Shown: positions 1-5,735, counted from the stretch's first letter. The stretch: 8,300 bases of DNA from Candidatus Nanopusillus sp. (GCA_028276785.1 JAPYVP010000024.1:1-8300); one strand, 5' to 3'. Made by a program: numbers and translations. The notes: a model not told the origin generated them from the sequence alone.

Positions 1-352
1 GTGGGGAAAATTTATAATCCCTATCGATTTTTATTTTATGTAGTTGCTCATCTATTAAATTATGTAAATTAATTATATCTTCATATCCTTCTTGTATACC
101 AATCCAAACCACTCTATCTCCAAATGTGCCAATATTGCCAATTTTTATGCTAAATTTATTATACTTTATATTATTTAATTCTTCTTTTATTTTTTCAAAT
201 ATGTTCGGTTGTACATCACCAATAAATTTTAATGTTATATGAAAATTTTCTTTTTCAACAGGTTTTCCATATATACCCCTCAAACCCTTCCTAATTTTCT
301 CTATTTCATCTTTTATTCTTTCTGGCAAATCTATTGCTATAAATATCCTCAT
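1..352 (-). CDS. thpR: RNA 2',3'-cyclic phosphodiesterase / 2'-5' RNA ligase family (2H phosphoesterase, ThpR/LigT-like); N-terminal 117 codons, with the 3' end running off the window
   Basis: It is absent from the ORF track because it is open at the window edge. The reverse complement of 352..2 reads MRIFIAIDLPERIKDEIEKIRKGLRGIYGKPVEKENFHITLKFIGDVQPNIFEKIKEELNNIKYNKFSIKIGNIGTFGDRVVWIGIQEGYEDIINLHNLIDEQLHKIKIDRDYKFSP with no stop. It contains the first H-x-T-x motif (HITL) of the 2H phosphoesterase fold. It breaks off at F-S-P plus a C, exactly where the second motif (PHxT) is expected. The ATG (352..350) overlaps the TGA (351..349) of the upstream gene. Confidence 0.75.
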   Translation of the reverse strand, partial: MRIFIAIDLPERIKDEIEKIRKGLRGIYGKPVEKENFHITLKFIGDVQPNIFEKIKEELNNIKYNKFSIKIGNIGTFGDRVVWIGIQEGYEDIINLHNLIDEQLHKIKIDRDYKFSP

Positions 353-870
353 AAGAAAATTATTACAAAAAACATAATATAAATTATATAAGACAAATAT
401 TCTTGTAATTTCCTATTTTCTCTATTGTTTAAAATTGGTATAGCAAATTTATAGTTTGATATTGGATAAAAAGGTGTAATTCCAGATACTGTTAATGAAT
501 CTTCAATGATATGTAATAAAAATGCTAAAGAAAATAAATAAAATATTTTCATTATAAGTAATCCCATAAGGAAAAATATTATTATTGGGAATATAGAATG
601 TGTAAATCCTCTATGTTTAAATAATTTTAATAAAAATAAAATAAATAAGTAATATGGATATAATAAATATTTTAGAATTTTTGATTTGTTTATATTTTCA
701 TATTGTTTATTCGCCCAGTTATAAATTTTATAATCATAATCAGGTATTATACAAATAAGTCCTACTATTATTGATATAATTATTGAAGATGCCTTGTCAA
801 AATTGAATATATAGAAAAATATAAGATATGTTATAAATGATGATAATGCTTGATGTAGTCTAATTATCAT
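349..870 (-). CDS. YdjM/DUF457-family membrane-bound metal-dependent hydrolase
   Basis: The ORF-track entry 349..882 starts at a TTG. The first ATG is at 870..868 (MIIRLHQ...), so I place the start there, though 882 is possible. The protein is a hydrophobic multi-pass protein. It carries IPDYD, HRGFTHS and HIIEDSLTVSGITPFYP, which match my recollection of the YdjM family signature (PDID, HRGFTHS, HxxxDxxTxxG). Confidence 0.8.
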   Translation of the reverse strand: MIIRLHQALSSFITYLIFFYIFNFDKASSIIISIIVGLICIIPDYDYKIYNWANKQYENINKSKILKYLLYPYYLFILFLLKLFKHRGFTHSIFPIIIFFLMGLLIMKIFYLFSLAFLLHIIEDSLTVSGITPFYPISNYKFAIPILNNRENRKLQEYLSYIIYIMFFVIIFL

Positions 871-881
871 AACTCTTATCA

Positions 882-1268
882 ATGCTTAAAAAATTATTAA
901 ATTATATGGGTGATATAGATTATGATAAGATAATTAACAATTTGCTAGAACTTGAAAAATATAATGAAGTTTTGTTTGGTTTTAAAAAATATTTGGATAG
1001 TATAAAGGAGGACATAAGTAAATTAAAATCTGAAATTGAAAATAGTAAGGCAGAGAATAAAAAAATAGAAGATAGGTTGAATTTATTGGAAGAAAAATAT
1101 AATAATATTTCAAATGATATAAAAAACATATATAGCCTATTAGATGAAATAAATAAGAAGATAACTGAAATAAGCAAGAGATTAAATGAAGAATATATAA
1201 ATGAGAAAATAAATAATTATAGATATAAATTACTATTGGAAAAATTAAAGGAATTAGATGGTATATAA
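882..1268 (+). CDS. Hypothetical coiled-coil protein (128 aa), function unknown
   Basis: This is an ATG-started ORF. Residues about 35-125 are a continuous heptad-like K/E/N/I/L-rich segment (KEDISKLKSEIENSKAENKKIEDRLNLLEEKYNNISNDIKNIYSLLDEINKKITEISKRLNEE). It has no recognisable catalytic or family motif and lacks the central beta-hairpin region expected of prefoldin. Its 3' end overlaps pth2 by 11 nt. An alternative start is Met9 at 906. Confidence 0.6.
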   Translation: MLKKLLNYMGDIDYDKIINNLLELEKYNEVLFGFKKYLDSIKEDISKLKSEIENSKAENKKIEDRLNLLEEKYNNISNDIKNIYSLLDEINKKITEISKRLNEEYINEKINNYRYKLLLEKLKELDGI

Positions 1269-1611
1269 ATTAGTAGTTGTAGTTAGAAAGGATTTGGATA
1301 TTGGAAAAGGAAAATTATGTGCTCAGGTAGCCCATGCTGCTGTTGAGGCTGTTTTAAATCAATTAGAAAAAGATAAAGATATAGTAAAAAAATGGAGGGA
1401 AGAGGGTGCAAAGAAAATTATTGTATATGTAAAAAATTTAGATGAATTAATGAGCATATATAATCATTCCATATCGATAAATTTAAATACTGTCTTGATA
1501 AGAGATGCTGGATTAACTCAATTAGAACCGGGAACTATTACTTGTATAGGTATAGGCCCAGACATTGAGGAAAAAATTGATAAAGTAACTGGTTCATTAA
1601 AATTATTATGA
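1258..1611 (+). CDS. pth2: Peptidyl-tRNA hydrolase, archaeal/eukaryotic type (Pth2)
   Basis: The full-length 117-aa product has the characteristic Pth2 pattern: KLVVVVRKDLDIGKGKLCAQVAHAAV ... IIVYVKNLDEL ... LIRDAGLTQLEPGTITCIGIGP ... KVTGSLKLL. Confidence 0.92.
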   Translation: MVYKLVVVVRKDLDIGKGKLCAQVAHAAVEAVLNQLEKDKDIVKKWREEGAKKIIVYVKNLDELMSIYNHSISINLNTVLIRDAGLTQLEPGTITCIGIGPDIEEKIDKVTGSLKLL

Positions 1612-1958
1612 GTGTAGAATTAAAGGATGTGTGGGATGTAGAGATAAAAACATCTTTTGATGTAAATAATGTACTTTATGAAAAGAAAGTTTTAATTATA
1701 ATTAAAAATCATTCACCCCATGTTAGAAAATTCGAAGTAGGAACTAAATATATAAATATAGAAGATCAATATGAAGCATTAAAATTTAGAATGCATTATA
1801 ATTTAATTTCTCCGGTAGTTATATCTATAGACAAATATAGAAAGGAAATTATTGAAGTTTTAATACCAAAGATAAACCATCATTTAGGAGATAATATTAT
1901 ATTTTATGTAAAAAATCTTGATAAGAATGAAGAAAAAGAAATACAATATAATCTATAA
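1608..1958 (+). CDS. Hypothetical protein (116 aa), no recognisable family
   Basis: The ATG at 1608 forms an ATGA overlap with the pth2 stop. The 3' end overlaps rnp4 by 32 nt. The composition looks like a real protein (alternating hydrophobic patterns suggesting beta strands, plus His, Pro and Gly) rather than low-complexity translation. I recognise no motif. It shows no obvious similarity to Pop5, Rpp29 or Rpp30 as I remember them. Confidence 0.55.
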   Translation: MSVELKDVWDVEIKTSFDVNNVLYEKKVLIIIKNHSPHVRKFEVGTKYINIEDQYEALKFRMHYNLISPVVISIDKYRKEIIEVLIPKINHHLGDNIIFYVKNLDKNEEKEIQYNL

Positions 1959-2235
1959 AAATATAGCAAAAAGAAGAATTTTTGAATTATATAAATTAGC
2001 TATAGAAAATATAGATAATGTTGATTTAGCTAGAAGATATATATTTATACTATGGAAGATAAAAAATAAAGCGAGGATAAAATTACCAAAAGAATTAAGG
2101 AATAAATTTTGTAAAAAATGTTATACTCCATGGATTGTAGGAAAAACATTACAGATAAGGATAAGAAAAGGTAGAATCATATATAAATGTTTATATTGTA
2201 ATAGGGTAAAAAGGTTTATAATAAGAAAGGTTTAA
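1927..2235 (+). CDS. rnp4: Ribonuclease P protein component 4 (Rpp21/Rpr2 family zinc ribbon)
   Basis: The ORF-track start at 1918 is a TTG, and the first ATG is at 1927 (MKKKKYN...). The sequence IAKRRIFELYKLAIEN..DLARRYIFILWKIKNKARIKLPKELRNKFCKKCYTPWIVGKTLQIRIRKGRIIYKCLYCNRVKRF shows the Rpr2/Rpp21 layout. That layout is an N-terminal helical pair with the LARRY motif, then CxxC ... CxxC. Confidence 0.85.
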   Translation: MKKKKYNIIYKNIAKRRIFELYKLAIENIDNVDLARRYIFILWKIKNKARIKLPKELRNKFCKKCYTPWIVGKTLQIRIRKGRIIYKCLYCNRVKRFIIRKV

Positions 2236-2238
2236 AAA
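2224..2238 (+). promoter_or_regulatory. Candidate BRE/TATA element for the 5S rRNA gene
   Basis: Purine-rich AGAAAGG is followed by TTTAAAAA (2231..2238), centred about 28 nt upstream of the first G of the 5S helix I (2263). It overlaps the rnp4 stop codon. AT-rich background makes TATA-like strings frequent by chance. Confidence 0.4.
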
Positions 2239-2262
2239 ACATTTATTTTAAAGATAATTTTA

Positions 2263-2375
2263 GGGCGGCCAAAGTGGCCGGGAAACACCCGTACCCATCT
2301 CGAACACGGAAGTTAAGCCGGCTTACGTCCGTGCGAGTACTGGCGATGGCCGGGAAAGCACGGAAGCCGCCCGAC
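2263..2375 (+). rRNA. rrf: 5S ribosomal RNA, unlinked to 16S/23S within this window
   Basis: This is a sharp GC island (about 65% G+C by hand count) in AT-rich DNA. It contains the conserved 5S core CCCGUACCCAUCUCGAACACGGAAGUUAAGC and the loop E segment GAGUACUGG. Helix I is GGGCGGC (2263..2269) paired with GCCGCCC (2366..2372). Helix V is UCCGUGC paired with GCACGGA. The ends are approximate to within a few nt. Confidence 0.93.
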
Positions 2376-2379
2376 TAAA

Positions 2380-2389
2380 TTTATAAAAA
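2380..2389 (+). promoter_or_regulatory. Candidate TATA box for the 334-aa gene (near-leaderless transcript)
   Basis: TTTATAAAAA is centred about 30 nt upstream of the ATG at 2414. The spacing fits archaeal TATA-to-TSS distance with a leader of 0-5 nt. This is weak evidence in such AT-rich sequence. Confidence 0.35.
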
Positions 2390-2413
2390 TCTTTAGAGAA
2401 ATATAGAATTTTT

Positions 2414-3418
2414 ATGGACTTGGGTCGTTTGAAGGAATACGGTATGAGATCTAATGGATATATAAAGTTAAGTTTAGATGGGATTTTACATATACTAGAA
2501 AGGAGGGGAGGGAATTTGAATTTTATGTTTGCAAGACAAATAGCACCATATAATATAGAAACAATATTAGCATTACTATATATTAAAAATATAATAGATG
2601 CATATCCAGATAAGGTAAAAGAAGTAATCCTAGATTTTTTGCAGTGGGGGGATGATAAGTTCTCTTTAAGTAATATTGAAAAAAGAATATTTGTCGAACC
2701 TCAAATATTATATAGTAATGGTTCAGGATATTATATAGCAGCTCAATCAAAATCTAAATTGAGAGAAAATAATATCAAAATAAGGAATGTATATTTAGAT
2801 ACTATTAAAATAAGAAAAATGATAGAAGAGACGGGATTAAAATATATGGAAAAATCTTTGGATCATCTAATAAAGGAAGAAAAAATAACTAATGGTGCAG
2901 TAAACATATTAGACTTCTGGGGATTAACAACATTATATTATATATCTGAAATATCTAGTTATATTTTTGGAATTAATAATTATGAAATAAAAGAATTTAA
3001 AGATAAAATAAGGTTAATAAATGGTGATGAATATGAGATATTTGGATATAAATTAGAATTTGAATATAAAGGAATAAAATTAAGGTTTAGAATATATGAT
3101 ATAAGTCGTATCCATGAAAAAGAGATAGAAAAATATGGAAATAAAAAGAATGGATATATAGTTTTATCATTATATTCTGGAAGTGGATATATACTATTTG
3201 AAGAAGATCTTGAAAAATCATCGGCAGCTGAAAAAATAATAGAATTCTCTAGAGAAGCAAAAGAAAGAACGGGATATAGTATATTATTATTTGAATTAGA
3301 TGAAGAAGAATTAATAAAAAAAGGAATAATTGATAAGAAAGATTATGTAAAATTTATAGGTAAAAATTATAATGTCATTATAGATAGTATTAAGAAAAAT
3401 ATATGGAATATAAAATAA
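2414..3418 (+). CDS. Hypothetical protein (334 aa), no recognisable family; contains an internally repeated motif
   Basis: This is a long ATG-started ORF with no competing frame. No catalytic or family motif is recognised, and there is no signal peptide or TM segment. The motif EYGMRSNGYIKLSLDG..ILHILE (aa 8-29) recurs as EKYGNKKNGYIVLSLYSGSGYILFEE (aa 239-264). NGSGYYIAA (aa 101-109) also resembles it. The 3' end overlaps the next gene by 16 nt. Confidence 0.65.
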   Translation: MDLGRLKEYGMRSNGYIKLSLDGILHILERRGGNLNFMFARQIAPYNIETILALLYIKNIIDAYPDKVKEVILDFLQWGDDKFSLSNIEKRIFVEPQILYSNGSGYYIAAQSKSKLRENNIKIRNVYLDTIKIRKMIEETGLKYMEKSLDHLIKEEKITNGAVNILDFWGLTTLYYISEISSYIFGINNYEIKEFKDKIRLINGDEYEIFGYKLEFEYKGIKLRFRIYDISRIHEKEIEKYGNKKNGYIVLSLYSGSGYILFEEDLEKSSAAEKIIEFSREAKERTGYSILLFELDEEELIKKGIIDKKDYVKFIGKNYNVIIDSIKKNIWNIK

Positions 3419-4335
3419 TAGATATAATTAAAGATTTGGAAAAATTTTCTCCAAGGAATAATGAAGAATCTCTAAATAATACATCTAAATACATAAAAGA
3501 AAATTTAGAGAAAGTTGGAATAGATTTTTTTGATCAATATTTTAAAGTTTCTATACCATTTGATGGAGGATCATATATATTATTAGATAATGGAGAAAAA
3601 ATAATTGGAAAAGCGAATTCTTTTGTTTCTGGATATTTTGAAGAGAAAAATATATATTCAAGTCAAAATATAAATCAAGAAATAAGTATACCACATATAA
3701 ATTATAATCAATATTATGATGCATTTTCTGGAGTAATTTTCTATGATTTCCCAGTAATAAATATAAAAAAGTCAGATTTGATTAAAGTTATAAATTCAGA
3801 AGAAATAAAGGTTTATGTTAATGTAAAAAGAAAATTAATAAAAACAGAAAATATATTAGTTGGAAATATAAAAAACCCAAAAAACATAATTTTTACACAT
3901 TTTGATACAATATTTAATGGGGCTTTAGATAATTCTTCAGGCACAGCAACCCTGTTATATGGGATAATAAATAATAAAATAAATATTAATGAGAATTTAG
4001 TAGTATTTTCTGGTTGTGAAGAATTATCATATGATAGACCATATTATTGGGGATATGGTTATAGAGTTTTTGAATATGAATATAAAGAAATATTAGAAAA
4101 AAGTAAAAAGATTATAGTATATGATATGCTCGGGCATTCAAAACCAATATTAACGAAAGATTATATTAAAGAAGCATTTCCAATAATGTCTGAATATTTA
4201 TATGAAAAATCTATACTTATATCAGAATCTAATAATGATTGGATAAAATTTTATCATTCTGATGCAGACACAATTGATAAAATAAATGAAGATTATATTG
4301 AAGAAGGTTTGAATCTATTATTAAAAATTTTATAA
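3403..4335 (+). CDS. M28-family zinc metallopeptidase (aminopeptidase-like), probably cytoplasmic
   Basis: All M28 co-catalytic zinc ligand and catalytic motifs appear in the canonical order: THFDT (His/Asp), GALDNSSGTA (bridging Asp), GCEELS (Glu-Glu), VYDMLG (Asp), FYHSDADT (His). There is no N-terminal signal peptide (MEYKIIDIIKDLEKF...). Confidence 0.8.
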   Translation: MEYKIIDIIKDLEKFSPRNNEESLNNTSKYIKENLEKVGIDFFDQYFKVSIPFDGGSYILLDNGEKIIGKANSFVSGYFEEKNIYSSQNINQEISIPHINYNQYYDAFSGVIFYDFPVINIKKSDLIKVINSEEIKVYVNVKRKLIKTENILVGNIKNPKNIIFTHFDTIFNGALDNSSGTATLLYGIINNKININENLVVFSGCEELSYDRPYYWGYGYRVFEYEYKEILEKSKKIIVYDMLGHSKPILTKDYIKEAFPIMSEYLYEKSILISESNNDWIKFYHSDADTIDKINEDYIEEGLNLLLKIL

Positions 4336-4337
4336 AT

Positions 4338-4393
4338 TTTCAGTTTGCCCATCAATCATCACTATTCAGATCGTTGATCCATCATCATCTTTC
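4338..4393 (-). ncRNA. C/D-box sRNA (2'-O-methylation guide RNA) with both C/D and C'/D' motifs
   Basis: The minus strand reads GAAAG-AUGAUGA-UGGAUCAACGAU-CUGA-AUA-GUGAUGA-UUGAUGGGCAAA-CUGA-AA. The C box is at 4388..4382, followed by a 12-nt guide. The D' box is at 4369..4366, followed by a 3-nt spacer. The C' box is at 4362..4356, followed by a 12-nt guide. The D box is at 4343..4340. This is the exact symmetric archaeal architecture with 12-nt guide spacing. It is the only non-AT-rich patch of the spacer. A TATA-like element lies about 26 nt upstream on the same strand. Confidence 0.85.
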
Positions 4394-4404
4394 TAGAAAT
4401 ATTA

Positions 4405-4426
4405 TTTTTAAATCTATTTATAATTT
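4405..4426. promoter_or_regulatory. Candidate back-to-back promoters: TTTTTAAA (+, for rps17) and TTATAAAT (-, for the C/D sRNA)
   Basis: On the plus strand, TTTTTAAA (4405..4412) is centred about 27 nt upstream of the rps17 ATG (4436), implying a leaderless mRNA. On the minus strand, TTATAAAT (4423..4416) is centred about 26 nt upstream of a purine at about 4393, 5 nt before the C box. The spacings are consistent with archaeal promoters, but the background is AT-rich. Confidence 0.4.
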
Positions 4427-4435
4427 AATCATAAA

Positions 4436-4771
4436 ATGGTACAAAAGACTTATGTTAAGGATATTGGAATTGAAGGTATAAACCCACCAGAAAAGGTATG
4501 TGATGATAAAAAGTGTCCATGGCATGGAGGAATAAGGATTAGAGGATTCTTATTTGAAGGAAAAGTTGAGAGAATTAGGAGAAGAATTGCATTAGTAGTC
4601 TTTTATAGATATCACTATGTTCCAAAATATGAAAGATATATGATAAAAAGATCAAAAATTAAAGCTCATGTTCCAAAATGTTTAGATATAAAAGAGGGAG
4701 ATGAAGTTATTATTGGAGAAACAAGGCCATTGTCAAAGACAATAAACTTTGTTGTAATTAGTAAAAAATGA
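4436..4771 (+). CDS. rps17: 30S ribosomal protein S17 (uS17)
   Basis: It has the archaeal uS17 pattern: CDDKKCPWHGGIRIRG ... KYERY ... KAHVPKCLDIKEGDEVIIGETRPLSKTINFVV. Confidence 0.93.
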   Translation: MVQKTYVKDIGIEGINPPEKVCDDKKCPWHGGIRIRGFLFEGKVERIRRRIALVVFYRYHYVPKYERYMIKRSKIKAHVPKCLDIKEGDEVIIGETRPLSKTINFVVISKK

Positions 4772-5172
4772 AACCAATTAGTGCAAAAGTAACTAGGGGA
4801 ATTACTGTTGGTACAGTTTTAAAGGTTGCAGATAATTCGAAGGCAAAATTAGCAAAAGTAATTGCTGTAATTGGATATAAAGGTGTAAAGAGAAGGTATG
4901 CAAGAGCGGGAGTTGCTGATATGGTTTCTGTATCAATAATAGACGGTGATTTATCATTAGTTGGAAAGGTAATGAAAGCAGTTATAATTAGACAGAGAAA
5001 AGAATATAGAAGGAAGGATGGTACAAGGATAAAGTTTGAGGATAATGCATGTGTAATTATAAAAGATGAAAAAACTGGAACACCAGCTGGTACAATTATT
5101 AGAGGACCAGTAGCAAGAGAAGTTGTTGAAAGATGGCCAGAAATTGGAAAAATTGCAAGTATGATTGTATAA
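4768..5172 (+). CDS. rpl14: 50S ribosomal protein L14 (uL14)
   Basis: The start forms an ATGA overlap with rps17. Matching sequence includes GTVLKVADNSKAK..., AGVADMVSVSI, IIRQRKEYRRKDGTRIKFEDNACVII and GTIIRGPVAREVVERWPEIGKIASMIV. Confidence 0.95.
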   Translation: MKPISAKVTRGITVGTVLKVADNSKAKLAKVIAVIGYKGVKRRYARAGVADMVSVSIIDGDLSLVGKVMKAVIIRQRKEYRRKDGTRIKFEDNACVIIKDEKTGTPAGTIIRGPVAREVVERWPEIGKIASMIV

Positions 5173-5173
5173 A

Positions 5174-5698
5174 ATGGTTCTAAAAATAAAAAATATTGAT
5201 TATGAAGATTGGAGTGCATCTTGGAAATCTTCTAAAAGCTCTAGAAAACAAAGAAAATATATAATTAATGCACCCCTGCATATTAGAGGTAAGTTAATTT
5301 CTTCAATGTTATCAAAGGATATAAAAAATCTAATTAATATAAATTCTCTACCTTTAAGGGTTGGAGATTATGTTAAAGTTTTAAGAGGTAAATATAGAAA
5401 TACTGAAGGATTTGTGATCTATATAGATAGAAAAAGATATAAGGTATATATAGATAATGTTAAATTTACAAATAAGGCAAATAGAGAGGTATATAGACCT
5501 CTTCATAGTTCAAAATTATTAATATTAAGGTTGAATTTAAAAGATAAAAGGAGGATAGAAATTATAAAGAGAAAAATGAGAACAAAAAACATTGAAGAAA
5601 ATAAAATAGAAGAATTAATAAATCAATTAATAAATAATTTCTCAGTAAAGGAAGATGAATTGGCAAAAGTAATGGAACTGAACAAAAAATTCAAATAA
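5174..5698 (+). CDS. rpl24: 50S ribosomal protein L24 (uL24) with an unusually long C-terminal tail
   Basis: The ORF-track start at 5165 is a TTG, and the first ATG is at 5174. The uL24 core is SRKQRKYIINAPLHIRGKLISSMLSKDI ... LPLRVGDYVKVLRGKYRNTEGFV (KOW motif) ... RPLHSSKLLILRLNLKDKRR. It is followed by about 40 extra residues. Confidence 0.9.
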   Translation: MVLKIKNIDYEDWSASWKSSKSSRKQRKYIINAPLHIRGKLISSMLSKDIKNLININSLPLRVGDYVKVLRGKYRNTEGFVIYIDRKRYKVYIDNVKFTNKANREVYRPLHSSKLLILRLNLKDKRRIEIIKRKMRTKNIEENKIEELINQLINNFSVKEDELAKVMELNKKFK

Positions 5699-5735
5699 GA
5701 AAATATTTTAAAAATAATTATCAAAAAATAATAAA

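Noticed and set aside
880-882. TTG starts used by the ORF track at 882 (minus strand), 1918 and 5165
   Set aside because: In each case an ATG lies 3-4 codons downstream (870, 1927, 5174) and gives a tidier junction with the neighbouring gene. I used the ATG starts, but the TTG starts cannot be excluded without N-terminal data.
920-1177. An 85-aa ORF on the minus strand, antisense to the coiled-coil gene
   Set aside because: It is a low-complexity F/S/L/I-rich mirror translation of a K/E/N-rich coiled-coil coding region and lies entirely inside the better ORF. There is no independent support for it.
2290-2302. Possible target of the C/D sRNA D guide within the adjacent 5S rRNA (shared CCCAUC)
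   Set aside because: Only about 7 of 12 positions would pair, with 6 contiguous. This is below the 9-10 bp usually needed for guide function and is most likely chance.
2501-2527. G-rich purine tract AGGAGGGGAGGG, resembling a Shine-Dalgarno site, upstream of an in-frame ATG (2525, Met38 of the 334-aa ORF). This could suggest an internal start.
   Set aside because: The spacing to the ATG is about 12 nt, which is long. The tract simply encodes ERRGGN. The upstream 37 codons contain the NGYIKLSL motif that recurs near the C-terminus, which argues that they are translated. The other genes here show no SD sequences.
4758-5219. A 153-aa ORF on the minus strand
   Set aside because: It lies exactly antisense to the unmistakable uL14 gene. 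Its hydrophobic pseudo-protein is typical of shadow ORFs opposite real genes.
5546-5578. AAGGAGGA followed by an ATG (5576) inside rpl24, which might mark a separate small gene encoding the C-terminal tail
   Set aside because: The ATG is in the same frame as uL24 with no intervening stop. The SD-like string is about 21 nt away, which is too far. A continuous extended uL24 is the simpler reading, and I report it as a finding instead.
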